64,000 nt of DNA from a candidate division FCPU426 bacterium (GTDB lineage: Bacteria > Oederibacteriota > Muellerivitia > Muellerivitales > Muellerivitaceae): positions 25,907-89,906 of the forward strand of contig CAWHOE010000054.1 in the NCBI GenBank assembly GCA_963830915.1, read 5' to 3'. Under the pieces are notes generated by a model. It ran no database searches. It saw nothing but the letters and a program-made list of their open reading frames with translations, and was not told where the DNA came from. Position numbers and translations under genes: made by a program. This document shows positions 9,787 to 19,425 of the stretch, piece by piece; the stretch's first letter is position 1, and each line of letters begins with the position of its first letter.

Positions 9787-10044
9787 CCTTTTTCATCGCG
9801 ATAACCGGGAGCTAGTGTAAGAAGGGTTCCCATTGTCGTCAACTTATCAGGCCGACGGCTTGATCCCGGCGATTTTACACCACCCCAGGGTCCATTACCT
9901 ATAAGGGCCAGTGGGTCCAGGAGGGAATTGCCCCCGGCTTGATGAATTTCATTGATTGCGGGGAGGTCAAAATTTAAACTTTCGAGATCGGTCTTCCGGG
10001 GGGAACCTCGGACCTTTCGCCGAACAATCCAACCAGGAGTCGCC

Positions 10045-11385
10045 ATGGACGCACTTACCCTAGCCCGCGCGCAGTTCGGTTTCACCTGTGCCTTCCACTA
10101 TATCTTCCCGCCCTTGAGCATCGGCATCTCGGTCATCCTGGTGGTGATGGAAGGCCTCTATTATTTCACCAAGCAGACCCTATACCTGGAAATGGCCAAG
10201 TTCTGGACCAGGATCTTCGGTTTGATCTTTTCCATCGGCGTGGCCAGCGGTGTCGTCATGGAATTCCAGTTCGGCACCAACTGGTCCACCTACTCCCGTT
10301 TCGTCGGTGACGTTTTCGGCAGCGCATTGGCGGCCGAGGGGGTCTTCGCCTTCTTCCTGGAATCGGGCTTCTTCGCCCTTCTCCTTTTCGGATGGGACAA
10401 GATCAGCCGGGGGATGCATCTCTTCTCGACCGTCATGGTCTGTCTGGGGGCCCATTTCAGCGCCATCTGGATCGTGGTGGCCAATTCCTGGCAGCAGACC
10501 CCGGCGGGGTATCACCTGGTCGGGGAAGGGGCCGCCACCCGGGCCGAGATCACCGATTTCTGGCAGTTGGTCCTGAACCCCTCCTCATTGGATAGGATCT
10601 TCCATGTTTATACCGGGGCCTGGCAAGCCGGGGCTTTCGCGGTCCTGAGCGTGAGCGCTTTTTATCTATTGAAGAAGAAGAACGAGGCCTTCGCCAAGTC
10701 CAGCCTGAAGATCGCCCTGGGGCTGGCGGTCATCGCCTCCCTGCTCCAATTGGTCTCGGGCCACGACAGCGGCAAGGTGGTCGCCCAGACCCAGCCAACC
10801 AAACTGGCCGCCTTCGAGGGCCATTTCGACGCCCTGGCCCCCGCCTCCGCTTACCTATTCGGCTGGGTGGACGAGAAGAACCAACAGACCCATGGCGTGG
10901 CCATTCCGGGCCTGTTGAGCTATTTGGTGGCGGGGAACGCCTCCGCGCCCGTGACGGGCTTGAACGCTTTCCCTCCGGACAAAAGACCGCCAGTCAATTT
11001 CGTCTTCCAGACCTATCACCTGATGGTGGCTATCGGGATGCTTCTCATCCTTATCTCCCTGACCGGCCTTTTCCTTCTCGTGAGTGGCAAGCTTTTCCAG
11101 GCCCGCTGGTTCCTGACGGTCCTGATCTGGTCGGTCTTGCTTCCCCAGGCCGCCAACCAGCTGGGGTGGTTCTCCGCCGAGGTGGGACGTCAGCCTTATA
11201 TCGTCTACAACTTGATGAAAACCTCCGAGGGCCTTTCGAAGATCGTGAAGCCCGAGGAGATCGAGATCTCGCTCGTGCTTTTCTCGTTCATCTATCTGCT
11301 GCTGTTCATCCTGTTCATCTACCTGTTGAATGACAAGATCCAGAAGGGTCTTTACATGAAAGAAGAGGAGGGACACCGCGCATGA
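10045..11385 (+). CDS. cydA: Cytochrome bd oxidase subunit I (short Q-loop)
   Basis: LAR.QF....[43 protein letters not shown] before ATG 10045. Confidence 0.97.
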   Translation: MDALTLARAQFGFTCAFHYIFPPLSIGISVILVVMEGLYYFTKQTLYLEMAKFWTRIFGLIFSIGVASGVVMEFQFGTNWSTYSRFVGDVFGSALAAEGVFAFFLESGFFALLLFGWDKISRGMHLFSTVMVCLGAHFSAIWIVVANSWQQTPAGYHLVGEGAATRAEITDFWQLVLNPSSLDRIFHVYTGAWQAGAFAVLSVSAFYLLKKKNEAFAKSSLKIALGLAVIASLLQLVSGHDSGKVVAQTQPTKLAAFEGHFDALAPASAYLFGWVDEKNQQTHGVAIPGLLSYLVAGNASAPVTGLNAFPPDKRPPVNFVFQTYHLMVAIGMLLILISLTGLFLLVSGKLFQARWFLTVLIWSVLLPQAANQLGWFSAEVGRQPYIVYNLMKTSEGLSKIVKPEEIEISLVLFSFIYLLLFILFIYLLNDKIQKGLYMKEEEGHRA

Positions 11386-12404
11386 ATTACGATTGGCAGA
11401 CCCTATGGTTCATCCTGGTGGGAGTTTTGTTCATGGGCTACGCCGTGCTGGACGGTTTCGACCTGGGCGTGGGCGCCTTGCATCTATTGGTGAAGGATGA
11501 CCGGGAGCGTCGCCTCTTCCTGAACGCCATCGGCCCCATCTGGGACGGTAACGAGGTGTGGCTGGTAACGGGCGGGGGAGCCCTTTTCGCCGCTTTCCCC
11601 GAGGTCTACGCCACGGTGTTCTCCGGGTTCTATCTGGCATTCATGCTCCTGCTGGTCGCGCTCATCTTCCGGGCGGTGGCCATCGAGTTCAGGAGCAAGC
11701 AATCCTCCCCTGAATGGAGGAACTTCTGGGACATCAGCTTCAGCGTCTCGTCCATCCTCTCCGGCCTGCTGGTCGGGGTGGCCATGGGCAACATCGCCTG
11801 GGGCATTCCCATCGGGGCGGACCATGAGTACGCGGGCGATTTCCTGGGGCTGTTGAAACCCTTCCCGCTTCTTTTGGGCGTCACCACGGTCTCCCTCTTC
11901 ATGATGCACGGCTCCATCTACTTGATCCTCAAGACGGAGGGAGGCTTGCAGGAAAAACTGAAGGGCTGGGTGAAGAACACCATGATCTTCTTCATCCTCT
12001 GCTACGTCTTGACCACCATGGTCACGCTTCTTTTCGTGCCCCACATGGTGGAGACCATCAAGCTCTACCCGGTCCTGGTGCTGGTGCCTTTCGCCAACGT
12101 GTTGTTCATCGCCAATATCCCCCGGAGCGTCGCCAAGAACCAGGTCCTGGGCGCTTTCCTTTCCTCCTGCGGGGCCATGGTGAGCTTGATGGCGCTCTTC
12201 GGCATCGGGATGTACCCCAACATGGTCTTCTCCAACCCCCTGCCGCAGAACAGCCTGACTATCTACAACGCGGCGTCCTCGGTGAAGACCTTGAAGATCA
12301 TGTCGCTCATCGCGGCCATCGGGATGCCCCTGGTCATCGGCTATACGGCCAGCATCTACTGGGTTTTCCGGGGCAAGGTCAAGTTGGATTCCCACAGCTA
12401 CTGA
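11382..12404 (+). CDS. cydB: Cytochrome bd oxidase subunit II
   Basis: LDGFDLGVG, IGP.WDGNEVWL, LFAAFP; ATGA overlap with cydA. Confidence 0.97.
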   Translation: MNYDWQTLWFILVGVLFMGYAVLDGFDLGVGALHLLVKDDRERRLFLNAIGPIWDGNEVWLVTGGGALFAAFPEVYATVFSGFYLAFMLLLVALIFRAVAIEFRSKQSSPEWRNFWDISFSVSSILSGLLVGVAMGNIAWGIPIGADHEYAGDFLGLLKPFPLLLGVTTVSLFMMHGSIYLILKTEGGLQEKLKGWVKNTMIFFILCYVLTTMVTLLFVPHMVETIKLYPVLVLVPFANVLFIANIPRSVAKNQVLGAFLSSCGAMVSLMALFGIGMYPNMVFSNPLPQNSLTIYNAASSVKTLKIMSLIAAIGMPLVIGYTASIYWVFRGKVKLDSHSY

Positions 12405-12460
12405 CGCGGGCCGCGTTCGTTCGGGACCGAACCTTCCCTTGAATGACCATTAATTGTCCT

Positions 12461-12487
12461 CTCGCGCGGCGCCCAACGCCGCGCGAG
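12461..12487 (+). terminator. GC-rich hairpin after cydB
   Basis: CTCGCGCGGCG-CCCAA-CGCCGCGCGAG, perfect 11-bp stem; weak U-tract. Confidence 0.5.
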
Positions 12488-12849
12488 TCTCATTTCGGGA
12501 CCAAGTCCGGAATTTTTGTCAAGGGCTTCCTGGGTTTTCCTGAATATTTATTTTCATCCCGGGGAGAAAAAAATTTTCGTTGCGCAAAAATCGGACCGAA
12601 ATAATTTTCGCGGCGCCTAAAACGATTGAAACAAACGGTTTATTTTGAGAAATATTTTTTCCCTTTCGGGCAAAATTTTCTTGACTTAAATCAAAAAAGA
12701 TTTAAAAGAGGTGGAGCAAGTTAATTTCTGGAAAATTTTCGTGGTTAACGCGAAAAAATAAATTCCAAATCCCTAACGACTCCTTCTGAAAAATTTTCTC
12801 GGCCTGCTGATGAGCGAAGTGACGCGCGATCAATGGATGAGCCGCGCGA

Positions 12850-13140
12850 GTTTGTGGATGCCGGTGGATATGTTGTGTACGACTTTGGCTCTTGTTCCGA
12901 AAAGGCGTGAAGTTAAAAGACTTTCCTCCTCTTTGGAAGAAAAAGCTTAAGGCGAGGTTCTGACGGGGTTGTCGGAGGGATAAGTTAATCCTCTTTATAT
13001 ATTAAGAGAATTAAAGGTTGAGTTCTCCTCCGAGTTATCCACAAGTCTATACACAACTGTGGATAAGCTTCTTCCTTCCGCTTCTTGGGAGGAGGGTCCG
13101 AAAAAACCACAAATAAGCTTGGGGATAAACAGGGGATAAG
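12850..13140. other. oriC, DnaA-box cluster upstream of dnaA
   Basis: Perfect boxes TTATCCACA 13035-13043 and TGTGGATAA 13058-13066, CTATACACA 13047-13055 between them, further degenerate boxes at ~12853-12882 and ~13121-13139; AT-rich flank. Confidence 0.85.
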
Positions 13141-13212
13141 GTTTTTTGACCAGCTTGAAATGACCCCTTTTTAAGGGTTTTTTGCCCTTTTTAAATTATG
13201 GGAGGTTTGTGG

Positions 13213-14592
13213 ATGACCGTCTCACCGGACCTTTGGGATCGCTGCCTGGATAACCTCAAAAATGACGTTAACCAGCAAAGCTTTGAGACTTGGTTCAAAT
13301 CCACCAAGGCCACCGTTTCTGACAATACCCTGAAAGTCCAGGTTCCCAACGAGTTCTTCCGGGATTGGATCAGGGACCATTACCAGCCCCAGATCCAGAA
13401 AGCCTTGAAGTCCCTCCATCCCGAACAGTTAGAGATCCTATTCGAGGTCTCCGAGGCCGTTCCGTCTTCCGCCCCTGTCTCCCCAGCTCAAGTCCAGGTC
13501 GAGGTCGTTGAGAAGCCCCGACTATCCATGCCCACGCCGACCAAGACCACTTCCGACTCAGAATTCATCCTCAATTCCAAATTCAATTTCGGCAGTTTTG
13601 TCGTCGGCAACAGCAATCGTTTCGCTCACGCCGCCTGTCTAGCGGTAGCGGAATCGCCCGCTCGTTCCTACAACCCGTTGTTTATATATGGAGGGGTTGG
13701 TCTGGGGAAAACCCACTTGCTTCAAGCCATCGGGAATTTCGTCCTGGAACAGAATCCCAACATCAAGGTCCTTTATATCTCCTCTGAGAAATTCCTGAAC
13801 GACTTCATCCAGGCCATCCAATCGGGCCGCCAACAGGACTTCCGCAACAAATACCGCACGGTGGACGTCCTTTTGATCGACGACATCCAGTTCTGGGAGG
13901 GCAAAGAGACCACCCAGGAGGAGTTTTTCCATACCTTTAACGAGCTTTATGAGGCCCAAAAGCAGATCGTCGCCACTTCCGACAGCCATCCCAAGGAGAT
14001 CAAGCTGGAAGGCCGCCTGAAGAACCGCTTCGAGATGGGGTTGATCACCGATATCCAAGAGCCGGACCTGGAAACCCGTATCGCCATCCTTCGCAAGAAG
14101 GCCGAGAGCGAGGGCATCCTGGTGCCCAATGAAGTGACCGTATTCATCGCCAACCACGCCAAGGCCAATATCCGCGAGCTGGAAGGGTCCATGCTGAGGG
14201 TCATCGCCTTCGCGTCCCTGACCGGCCAGGAGATCACCCTGGAGCTGGTCAAAGAGGTCCTAAAGGACACTTTCCCCCCGGAGGACCGCCGCATCTCGGT
14301 GGACGCCATCCAGAGGGTCGTGGCCGAGCGTTACAATTGCAAGTTCTCCGACATGAAATCCAAGAAACGCACCAAACAGATCGCCTTCCCCCGCCAGATC
14401 GCCATGTTCCTGTCGCGCGAGCTCACCTCTCACTCCTTGAGCGAGATCGGGGCGGCTTTCGGCGGCAAGGACCACACCACCATCATCCACGCCTATGAGA
14501 AGATCGAGGACCTGCTGATCTCCGACATCACCCTCTTGGCCGAGATCAACAGCGTCAAGAAACAGCTCAGCGAAGGCAACTACGCCCAGTAG
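13213..14592 (+). CDS. dnaA: Chromosomal replication initiator DnaA
   Basis: FVVG.SN.FA, YNPLFIYGGVGLGKTHL, DDIQF, QEEFFH.FN, NIRELEG, GGKDHTT; RBS GGAGG at 13201. Confidence 0.99.
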   Translation: MTVSPDLWDRCLDNLKNDVNQQSFETWFKSTKATVSDNTLKVQVPNEFFRDWIRDHYQPQIQKALKSLHPEQLEILFEVSEAVPSSAPVSPAQVQVEVVEKPRLSMPTPTKTTSDSEFILNSKFNFGSFVVGNSNRFAHAACLAVAESPARSYNPLFIYGGVGLGKTHLLQAIGNFVLEQNPNIKVLYISSEKFLNDFIQAIQSGRQQDFRNKYRTVDVLLIDDIQFWEGKETTQEEFFHTFNELYEAQKQIVATSDSHPKEIKLEGRLKNRFEMGLITDIQEPDLETRIAILRKKAESEGILVPNEVTVFIANHAKANIRELEGSMLRVIAFASLTGQEITLELVKEVLKDTFPPEDRRISVDAIQRVVAERYNCKFSDMKSKKRTKQIAFPRQIAMFLSRELTSHSLSEIGAAFGGKDHTTIIHAYEKIEDLLISDITLLAEINSVKKQLSEGNYAQ

Positions 14593-14664
14593 TCCCTGGT
14601 TCCATCCCTTTTTCTTTTTCCCCTTGGGCTCCCATAACCAACGAACCTAGACTTTTTTCCTTGG

Positions 14665-14975
14665 AAGTTATCCTCATTCGCTCCTCATTCCATCAACAAC
14701 ATCCACAAAAAGCGCGTGAGGCTCGGTTTTTCGAAAGGTGATTTTCCCGTTCGGGAGGCACTTCTCCACGGAATCATCCACATTGGCGGGTCGAGACTGT
14801 GGGTAAGCGGGAGGAAAACCCAAAAAGGTTGCGGGCCTGTGGATTTGTTCTATAATACCCCCAGTTTATGCCCAGGGTTTTTAGCCTCATTCGGCCTTAT
14901 TTTTCAACGATTGCCGGATGATCTACACATATCCTCAAAGCCAACTACAGCTACTATACTTTAAATTTTAAATGA
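14665..14975. other. oriC, dnaA-dnaN part with degenerate DnaA boxes, DnaA-trios and AT-rich unwinding element
   Basis: Degenerate boxes (TTATCCTCA, ACATCCACA, TCATCCACA, TGTGGGTAA, TGTGGATTT, ATATCCTCA) ending in GCC-AACTACAGCTACTATACT-TTAAATTTTAAAT. Confidence 0.8.
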
Positions 14976-15017
14976 TGTTTAACAGAAGTTTGTATCACCA
15001 GATACAAGGAGTTTCCA

Positions 15018-16136
15018 ATGAAAGTGGTTTTGACAAGAGGCGATCTCTTGAAAGGCATCCTGACAGTCCAAAGCGCGGTTGCCACCAAGAACACCATGCC
15101 GATCTTAGCCAACGTTTTGTTGGAAGCCAGGGATAAAAAACTAGAGTTCGTCGCGACCGATTTGGATATGGGTATCCGGTGTTCCGTTCCGGCTGAGGTG
15201 GTTGAAAAAGGAAGCATCACCATCAACGCCAAGAAGTTGTCCGATATCGTCAGAGAATTGCCTGAAGCCTCGGTCGATCTGGAAATAGACGACAGCCATA
15301 AAATGATCCTGGTCTGCCAAAAGTCCAATTTCAAGATCCATGGATTACCGAAAGACGATTTCCCCATCCTTCCAGAGGTCAAAAAAGACAAGGTCCTGAA
15401 GATCAAAGGTTCCTTGATCCAAGAAATGGTCCATAAGGTCATTTTCGCGGTATCCAATGACGAGACCCGTTATGTTTTGAATGGGGTTTTCTTTCAGGCC
15501 GAATCAGGAAAGGTCAAAATGGTGGCCACCGACGGTCATCGTTTGGCTTTCATCCAAAAGAAACTGGAATCCAAGACCGATGAGAAATGCAGTGTGATCA
15601 TTCCCACCAAGACCTTGAACGAATTGTCCAAAGCCATTTCCGACCTGGCAAAGGGCAAAGAAGACGAGATCATCGTGGATATCGTCGCCACCGACAATCA
15701 GATCAAGTTCACGGTGGAAGGGGTGGAAATCGTGTCCCGCCTCATCGAGGGGCAATTCCCCAATTATGAGCAGGTCATCCCGAAGGAATCCGACAAGAAA
15801 GTGGAGGCCTCGACCGCCGAATTGACCTCCGCTACCCGCCGTGTGGCTATCCTGACTTCCGAGAAATCCAACTCCATCCGCTACCAGGTCAAGAGCGGGA
15901 AGCTTTCCATCTCCTCCAAGACCCCCGATATGGGAGAGGCCAAGGAAGATATGGACGTCAATTACAAGGGTGATGAGATCGCCATCGCCTACAACGCCAA
16001 GTATGTCTTGGATGTCCTCAAGAACGTCGGGACAGACACGGTGAGCATCGAGCTGACCCAGCCCTTGAGCCCGGGGATATTGAGGCCTAAAGGCGACGCG
16101 GATTATCTTTGCGTGATCATGCCGATGAGGGTCTAA
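15018..16136 (+). CDS. dnaN: DNA polymerase III beta sliding clamp
   Basis: PIL.NVL, ATDL, DETRY.LNG, VATDGHRL, SRLIEG.FP.Y, C-terminal MPMR. Confidence 0.99.
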   Translation: MKVVLTRGDLLKGILTVQSAVATKNTMPILANVLLEARDKKLEFVATDLDMGIRCSVPAEVVEKGSITINAKKLSDIVRELPEASVDLEIDDSHKMILVCQKSNFKIHGLPKDDFPILPEVKKDKVLKIKGSLIQEMVHKVIFAVSNDETRYVLNGVFFQAESGKVKMVATDGHRLAFIQKKLESKTDEKCSVIIPTKTLNELSKAISDLAKGKEDEIIVDIVATDNQIKFTVEGVEIVSRLIEGQFPNYEQVIPKESDKKVEASTAELTSATRRVAILTSEKSNSIRYQVKSGKLSISSKTPDMGEAKEDMDVNYKGDEIAIAYNAKYVLDVLKNVGTDTVSIELTQPLSPGILRPKGDADYLCVIMPMRV

Positions 16137-16167
16137 AAGCAGGAAATAAAACAGGACTTCTCGAAAG

Positions 16168-16192
16168 GCCCGCCGAAAGGCGGGCTTTTTTT
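16168..16192 (+). terminator. Intrinsic terminator after dnaN
   Basis: GCCCGCC-GAAA-GGCGGGC followed by T7. Confidence 0.9.
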
Positions 16193-16205
16193 GTTTCAGG
16201 TGAGA

Positions 16206-16388
16206 TCAGCGGATGATAGCCGCGGTTTCCTCGTCCAAACTCCGGGCGGTGATCAGCGCCAGGTGAAAGATACAATCCGGGCAGTAGTACAAGTGGCGTT
16301 CGATCTGGCCTTTTTCCGGCGACTCCAAGCGGCCTTCCCTGAAATCCACCAGCATCTTTCTGACTTCCTCGCAGCGTAACTCTTCCAT
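16206..16388 (-). CDS. Stand-alone zf-HC2 (anti-sigma-type zinc finger) small protein, 60 aa
   Basis: C.EVR..L.D...G.L.......IE.HL..C.DC pattern; RBS AAGGTGG before ATG 16388. Confidence 0.75.
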   Translation of the reverse strand: MEELRCEEVRKMLVDFREGRLESPEKGQIERHLYYCPDCIFHLALITARSLDEETAAIIR

Positions 16389-16587
16389 TTCGCACCACCT
16401 TATCCGATAAAACTGCATCATTCGTGCCATAGGGGTTTTGTTGAAAATCATGGTTTTCAAGGCATTGCGTGGCGGGAGGATCCCCTCGCAAGGGGATCGG
16501 GATTTCCTATTGATGGATTTTATACAGTTTTAGCCTGAGGTTTGTCACAGAGGGGTAAATTCGCCAAGAGGTTTGAGGAACTTTTGG

Positions 16588-19332
16588 TCAATGGACCACG
16601 ATGATCTTGAGGACCTGCCTGCCCGTGATCCCGCCGTTCAGGTTGGATATCTCCACCACCGCTAAATACAATCCGCTGGCCGTTGATCCCGCGTCCCAAA
16701 GGGCCTGGTTGGTCCCTGGGCCACCCAGCAGGCTCTTCACCAACTCTCCCGCGACCGTATAGATATTCACCTTCAGGCTCATGGGCTGGGCGGAGTTGAG
16801 AACGAAAGTGGTCCTTGTCGTCCCCCCGGCGAGAATATTGGGTTGGGCGGTCACGAGCCCGTTGGCCTGGGGCCCTCCTGTGACCATGATCAATTGGGTG
16901 ATGTCGGTGGTGCCTTGCCCGTTGTTCCAGTGGGCTTCCACCATGTATTGGCCGGGGCTCACCAAGGCGTTGTTATCGCTCGTGCCGTCCCAAAAGAAGG
17001 TCACAGGGGTTCCGGTGGTTTGGATGACGATCCTCACGCTCACGGCGGCGCCAGCCACGGTGACCGCGCCCGGGTCGATCACGTGGGTGCTCAAGGAAAC
17101 CCCGGTCATCTGGGAATGGTCCGAGTCGTCCACCAGGTTGTAGAGGCATTTCACGACCTCCCCCGCCTCGTTGTAGATGTTCATCGTCACCTGGGCCAGG
17201 GACCGGCTCACGGTGGCCTGCTGGGTCACGGTCGTGACCACGCCCATGGAGTCCACATTATCCACCTTGATGTGGTAAACGCCGTTGGTGACCGGGTTCC
17301 CGCTGGAATCCCTCCCGTCCCAAACGGCCAGGAGGGCCCCGTTCGAATAAACCAGGATCTGGTTGTTCGGCCCATTCAAGCTGGTGATGGCGCTCCCCAC
17401 CAGGTTGATGGCCATCACGGGGGTCGATACTTTCTCCATCAAAAGGGTTTTGACCAGCTCTCCTGCCTCGTTGTAGACGCCCACCTTGACCGTGATATCC
17501 CCCGCGACCAGGACCGTCGTGCTGGCGGAAAGCGTGGCGGGGATGCCGGGGTAAGTCAGTTGGGCGTTGTTGATGATGGAAACCCCCGCCGGGACCAGGG
17601 GATTCACCTGGGTTTGATAGGAAAAAGAATAAGTGCCGGGGCTCAAGGGAGAAGGAAGGGTCCAAAGGAATTGGGAGGATGGGGAGAGGAAGGTCGCGGT
17701 CCCGCTGGAAGGCGTCCCCTCGCTTAAGTAGGAAACGTTGGCGGGCAGGGTGTCGGTCACCACCACGCCCGAGGGGTTGAACCCGACCAGCGTCACGCCC
17801 AGGGTATAGGTCAAGGTATCTCCCGATTGGGCCCTGGTCTTCGATACCTGCTTACCTAACGAGATGCCCCAGGTCGGCGTAGGTGTCCAAGTCAAGGTGG
17901 GGCTGTTGGTCGTGGTGTTCGTGCAGGTGATGGTCGGGGTATTGGTGGGCGTCGAGGAAGGGGTCAAGGTCGCGGTCTGGGTAAAACTATTGGTGGGGGT
18001 GAAGCTGTCGGTCAAGGTAGCGCTGTTGGTCGGGGTGTAGGTCGGCGTGATAGTGGGACTGTTCGTGGGGGTGTCGCTGGGGGTCCAAGTTAGGGTGATC
18101 GTGGGGCTATTGGTCGCAGTGGAAGTGGGGGAGTTGGTGGCGGTATTGGTCGTCGTGTTGGTGGGGGTCAGGGTGGGGGTGTAAGTGGGCGTCCAGCAAA
18201 GCCCTGTGACGACCTGCACCAGGCTGTAGTCGTAATCCACCATGTACAAGTTCCCGTTCTTGTCGAAGGCGAGGGATTCGGGATGGGAAATGTCGGTCGT
18301 CAGCAGGCCCCCGGTGGGCGGCGAGGGTCCGCCGATCCCGGTCCCGATGACCGTATGGATGATGCCGGTGGCGGTGTCGACCATCCTGACCCGGTTGTTC
18401 AGGTCGTCGGTCAGGAGCATGTTCCCGCCGCAGGCGAAGGTGACGGCTCCGATATCGGTATTTAGATGGGCCAGGGTAGCGGGGCCTCCGTCACCGGTGG
18501 CGATGGTGATGGGGGAGGGCCCGCTTCCCACGACGGTGCTGATGTCCTTGGTGACTGCATCGATCTTTCGGATAGAGGAGTTCAGCGAATCGGTGACGTA
18601 AAAGTTCCCAGCCGCGTCGTAAGCCATTCCCTCGGGCCCGTCCAACTGAGCCAGGGTGGCCGGGCCGCCGTCGCCTGAGTAACCGGGGCCCAAAGTGACG
18701 TCGCCCGCCACCGACGTGATGATGTTGGTCGTCAGGTTGATCATCCGCACGTCGTTGTTGCCGTAATCTGAGACATAAAGGTTCCCGTCCGGCCCCACAC
18801 GAACGATGTTGGGGTTGCTGAACTGGGCCAAGGAAGCTGGCCCGCCATCGCCGGAAAAGCCCGGCGAGTCAGCGATGCCCGCGAAAGTGGAAACGACGGT
18901 CGTGGCCCGGTCCACTTTGCGCACCACGGCGTTATAAAAGTCCGCGATATAAAGATTGTCATTCGAGTCAAAAGCCAAGCCGGAAGGGAAGTAGAACTGC
19001 GCCACGGTCGCTGGGCCGTCGATATAGCCCCCGATGGAGGTGAAGGCCCCGGCGTAGGTGCTGATGATGCTGGTGGCGATACTGACTTCCCGCACGGTGT
19101 TACTGCAGGCGTCCCCGATGTAATAGTTTCCGAGGGAGTCAAAGGCGATATCGTCCGGGCAGTTCAGCCCCGCCAGGGTGGCGGGCCCTCCGTCGCCGTA
19201 ATAACCGGCGCCTGGGGAAGTGTTGCCCGCCACAATGGTGATGGTCTGGGTCCAGGCCGGAGTAAGGTAGGCCCAGCATAAAAAGAATAAGAAGAAGCCA
19301 ATAAGATTTTTTATAGTGGGGCGCATTCGCAT
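16588..19332 (-). CDS. Secreted protein: NHL-repeat propeller, Thr/Pro linker, DUF11-like domain, three FlgD-Ig-like modules
   Basis: Signal peptide; repeated GDGGPAT.A.L..P..(I/L)AFD..GN.Y; TPTNT linker; LTYTL/VVVTDTLP; IYN.AGE.VK...WDG repeats; C-terminal SGLY...K..V. Confidence 0.85.
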   Translation of the reverse strand: MRMRPTIKNLIGFFLFFLCWAYLTPAWTQTITIVAGNTSPGAGYYGDGGPATLAGLNCPDDIAFDSLGNYYIGDACSNTVREVSIATSIISTYAGAFTSIGGYIDGPATVAQFYFPSGLAFDSNDNLYIADFYNAVVRKVDRATTVVSTFAGIADSPGFSGDGGPASLAQFSNPNIVRVGPDGNLYVSDYGNNDVRMINLTTNIITSVAGDVTLGPGYSGDGGPATLAQLDGPEGMAYDAAGNFYVTDSLNSSIRKIDAVTKDISTVVGSGPSPITIATGDGGPATLAHLNTDIGAVTFACGGNMLLTDDLNNRVRMVDTATGIIHTVIGTGIGGPSPPTGGLLTTDISHPESLAFDKNGNLYMVDYDYSLVQVVTGLCWTPTYTPTLTPTNTTTNTATNSPTSTATNSPTITLTWTPSDTPTNSPTITPTYTPTNSATLTDSFTPTNSFTQTATLTPSSTPTNTPTITCTNTTTNSPTLTWTPTPTWGISLGKQVSKTRAQSGDTLTYTLGVTLVGFNPSGVVVTDTLPANVSYLSEGTPSSGTATFLSPSSQFLWTLPSPLSPGTYSFSYQTQVNPLVPAGVSIINNAQLTYPGIPATLSASTTVLVAGDITVKVGVYNEAGELVKTLLMEKVSTPVMAINLVGSAITSLNGPNNQILVYSNGALLAVWDGRDSSGNPVTNGVYHIKVDNVDSMGVVTTVTQQATVSRSLAQVTMNIYNEAGEVVKCLYNLVDDSDHSQMTGVSLSTHVIDPGAVTVAGAAVSVRIVIQTTGTPVTFFWDGTSDNNALVSPGQYMVEAHWNNGQGTTDITQLIMVTGGPQANGLVTAQPNILAGGTTRTTFVLNSAQPMSLKVNIYTVAGELVKSLLGGPGTNQALWDAGSTASGLYLAVVEISNLNGGITGRQVLKIIVVH
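17875..18195 (-). repeat. Low-complexity Thr/Pro/Asn/Ser linker repeats
   Basis: Encodes about 105 aa of TPT/TNS/TAT units. Confidence 0.85.
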
Positions 19333-19425
19333 CCCGTCTCTGCGAAGATGGAACCATTATATAGACTTGGAACTGTTCTTTTATTCTCCCGTTATTTTTC
19401 AGGGGTCCGGGCCTATAATCACCCC

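Noticed and set aside
9939..9952. FNR-like box upstream of cydA (TTGAT-GAAT-TTCAT)
   Set aside because: The second half-site has two mismatches; too weak without a genome-wide model.
12807..12819. Hammerhead ribozyme or fluoride riboswitch (CTGATGAG-CGAAG)
   Set aside because: No stem II and no GAAA core; the other fluoride riboswitch blocks are absent.
12405..13197. Divergent rpmH upstream of dnaA
   Set aside because: No MKRT(Y/F)QP-type ORF was found on the minus strand.
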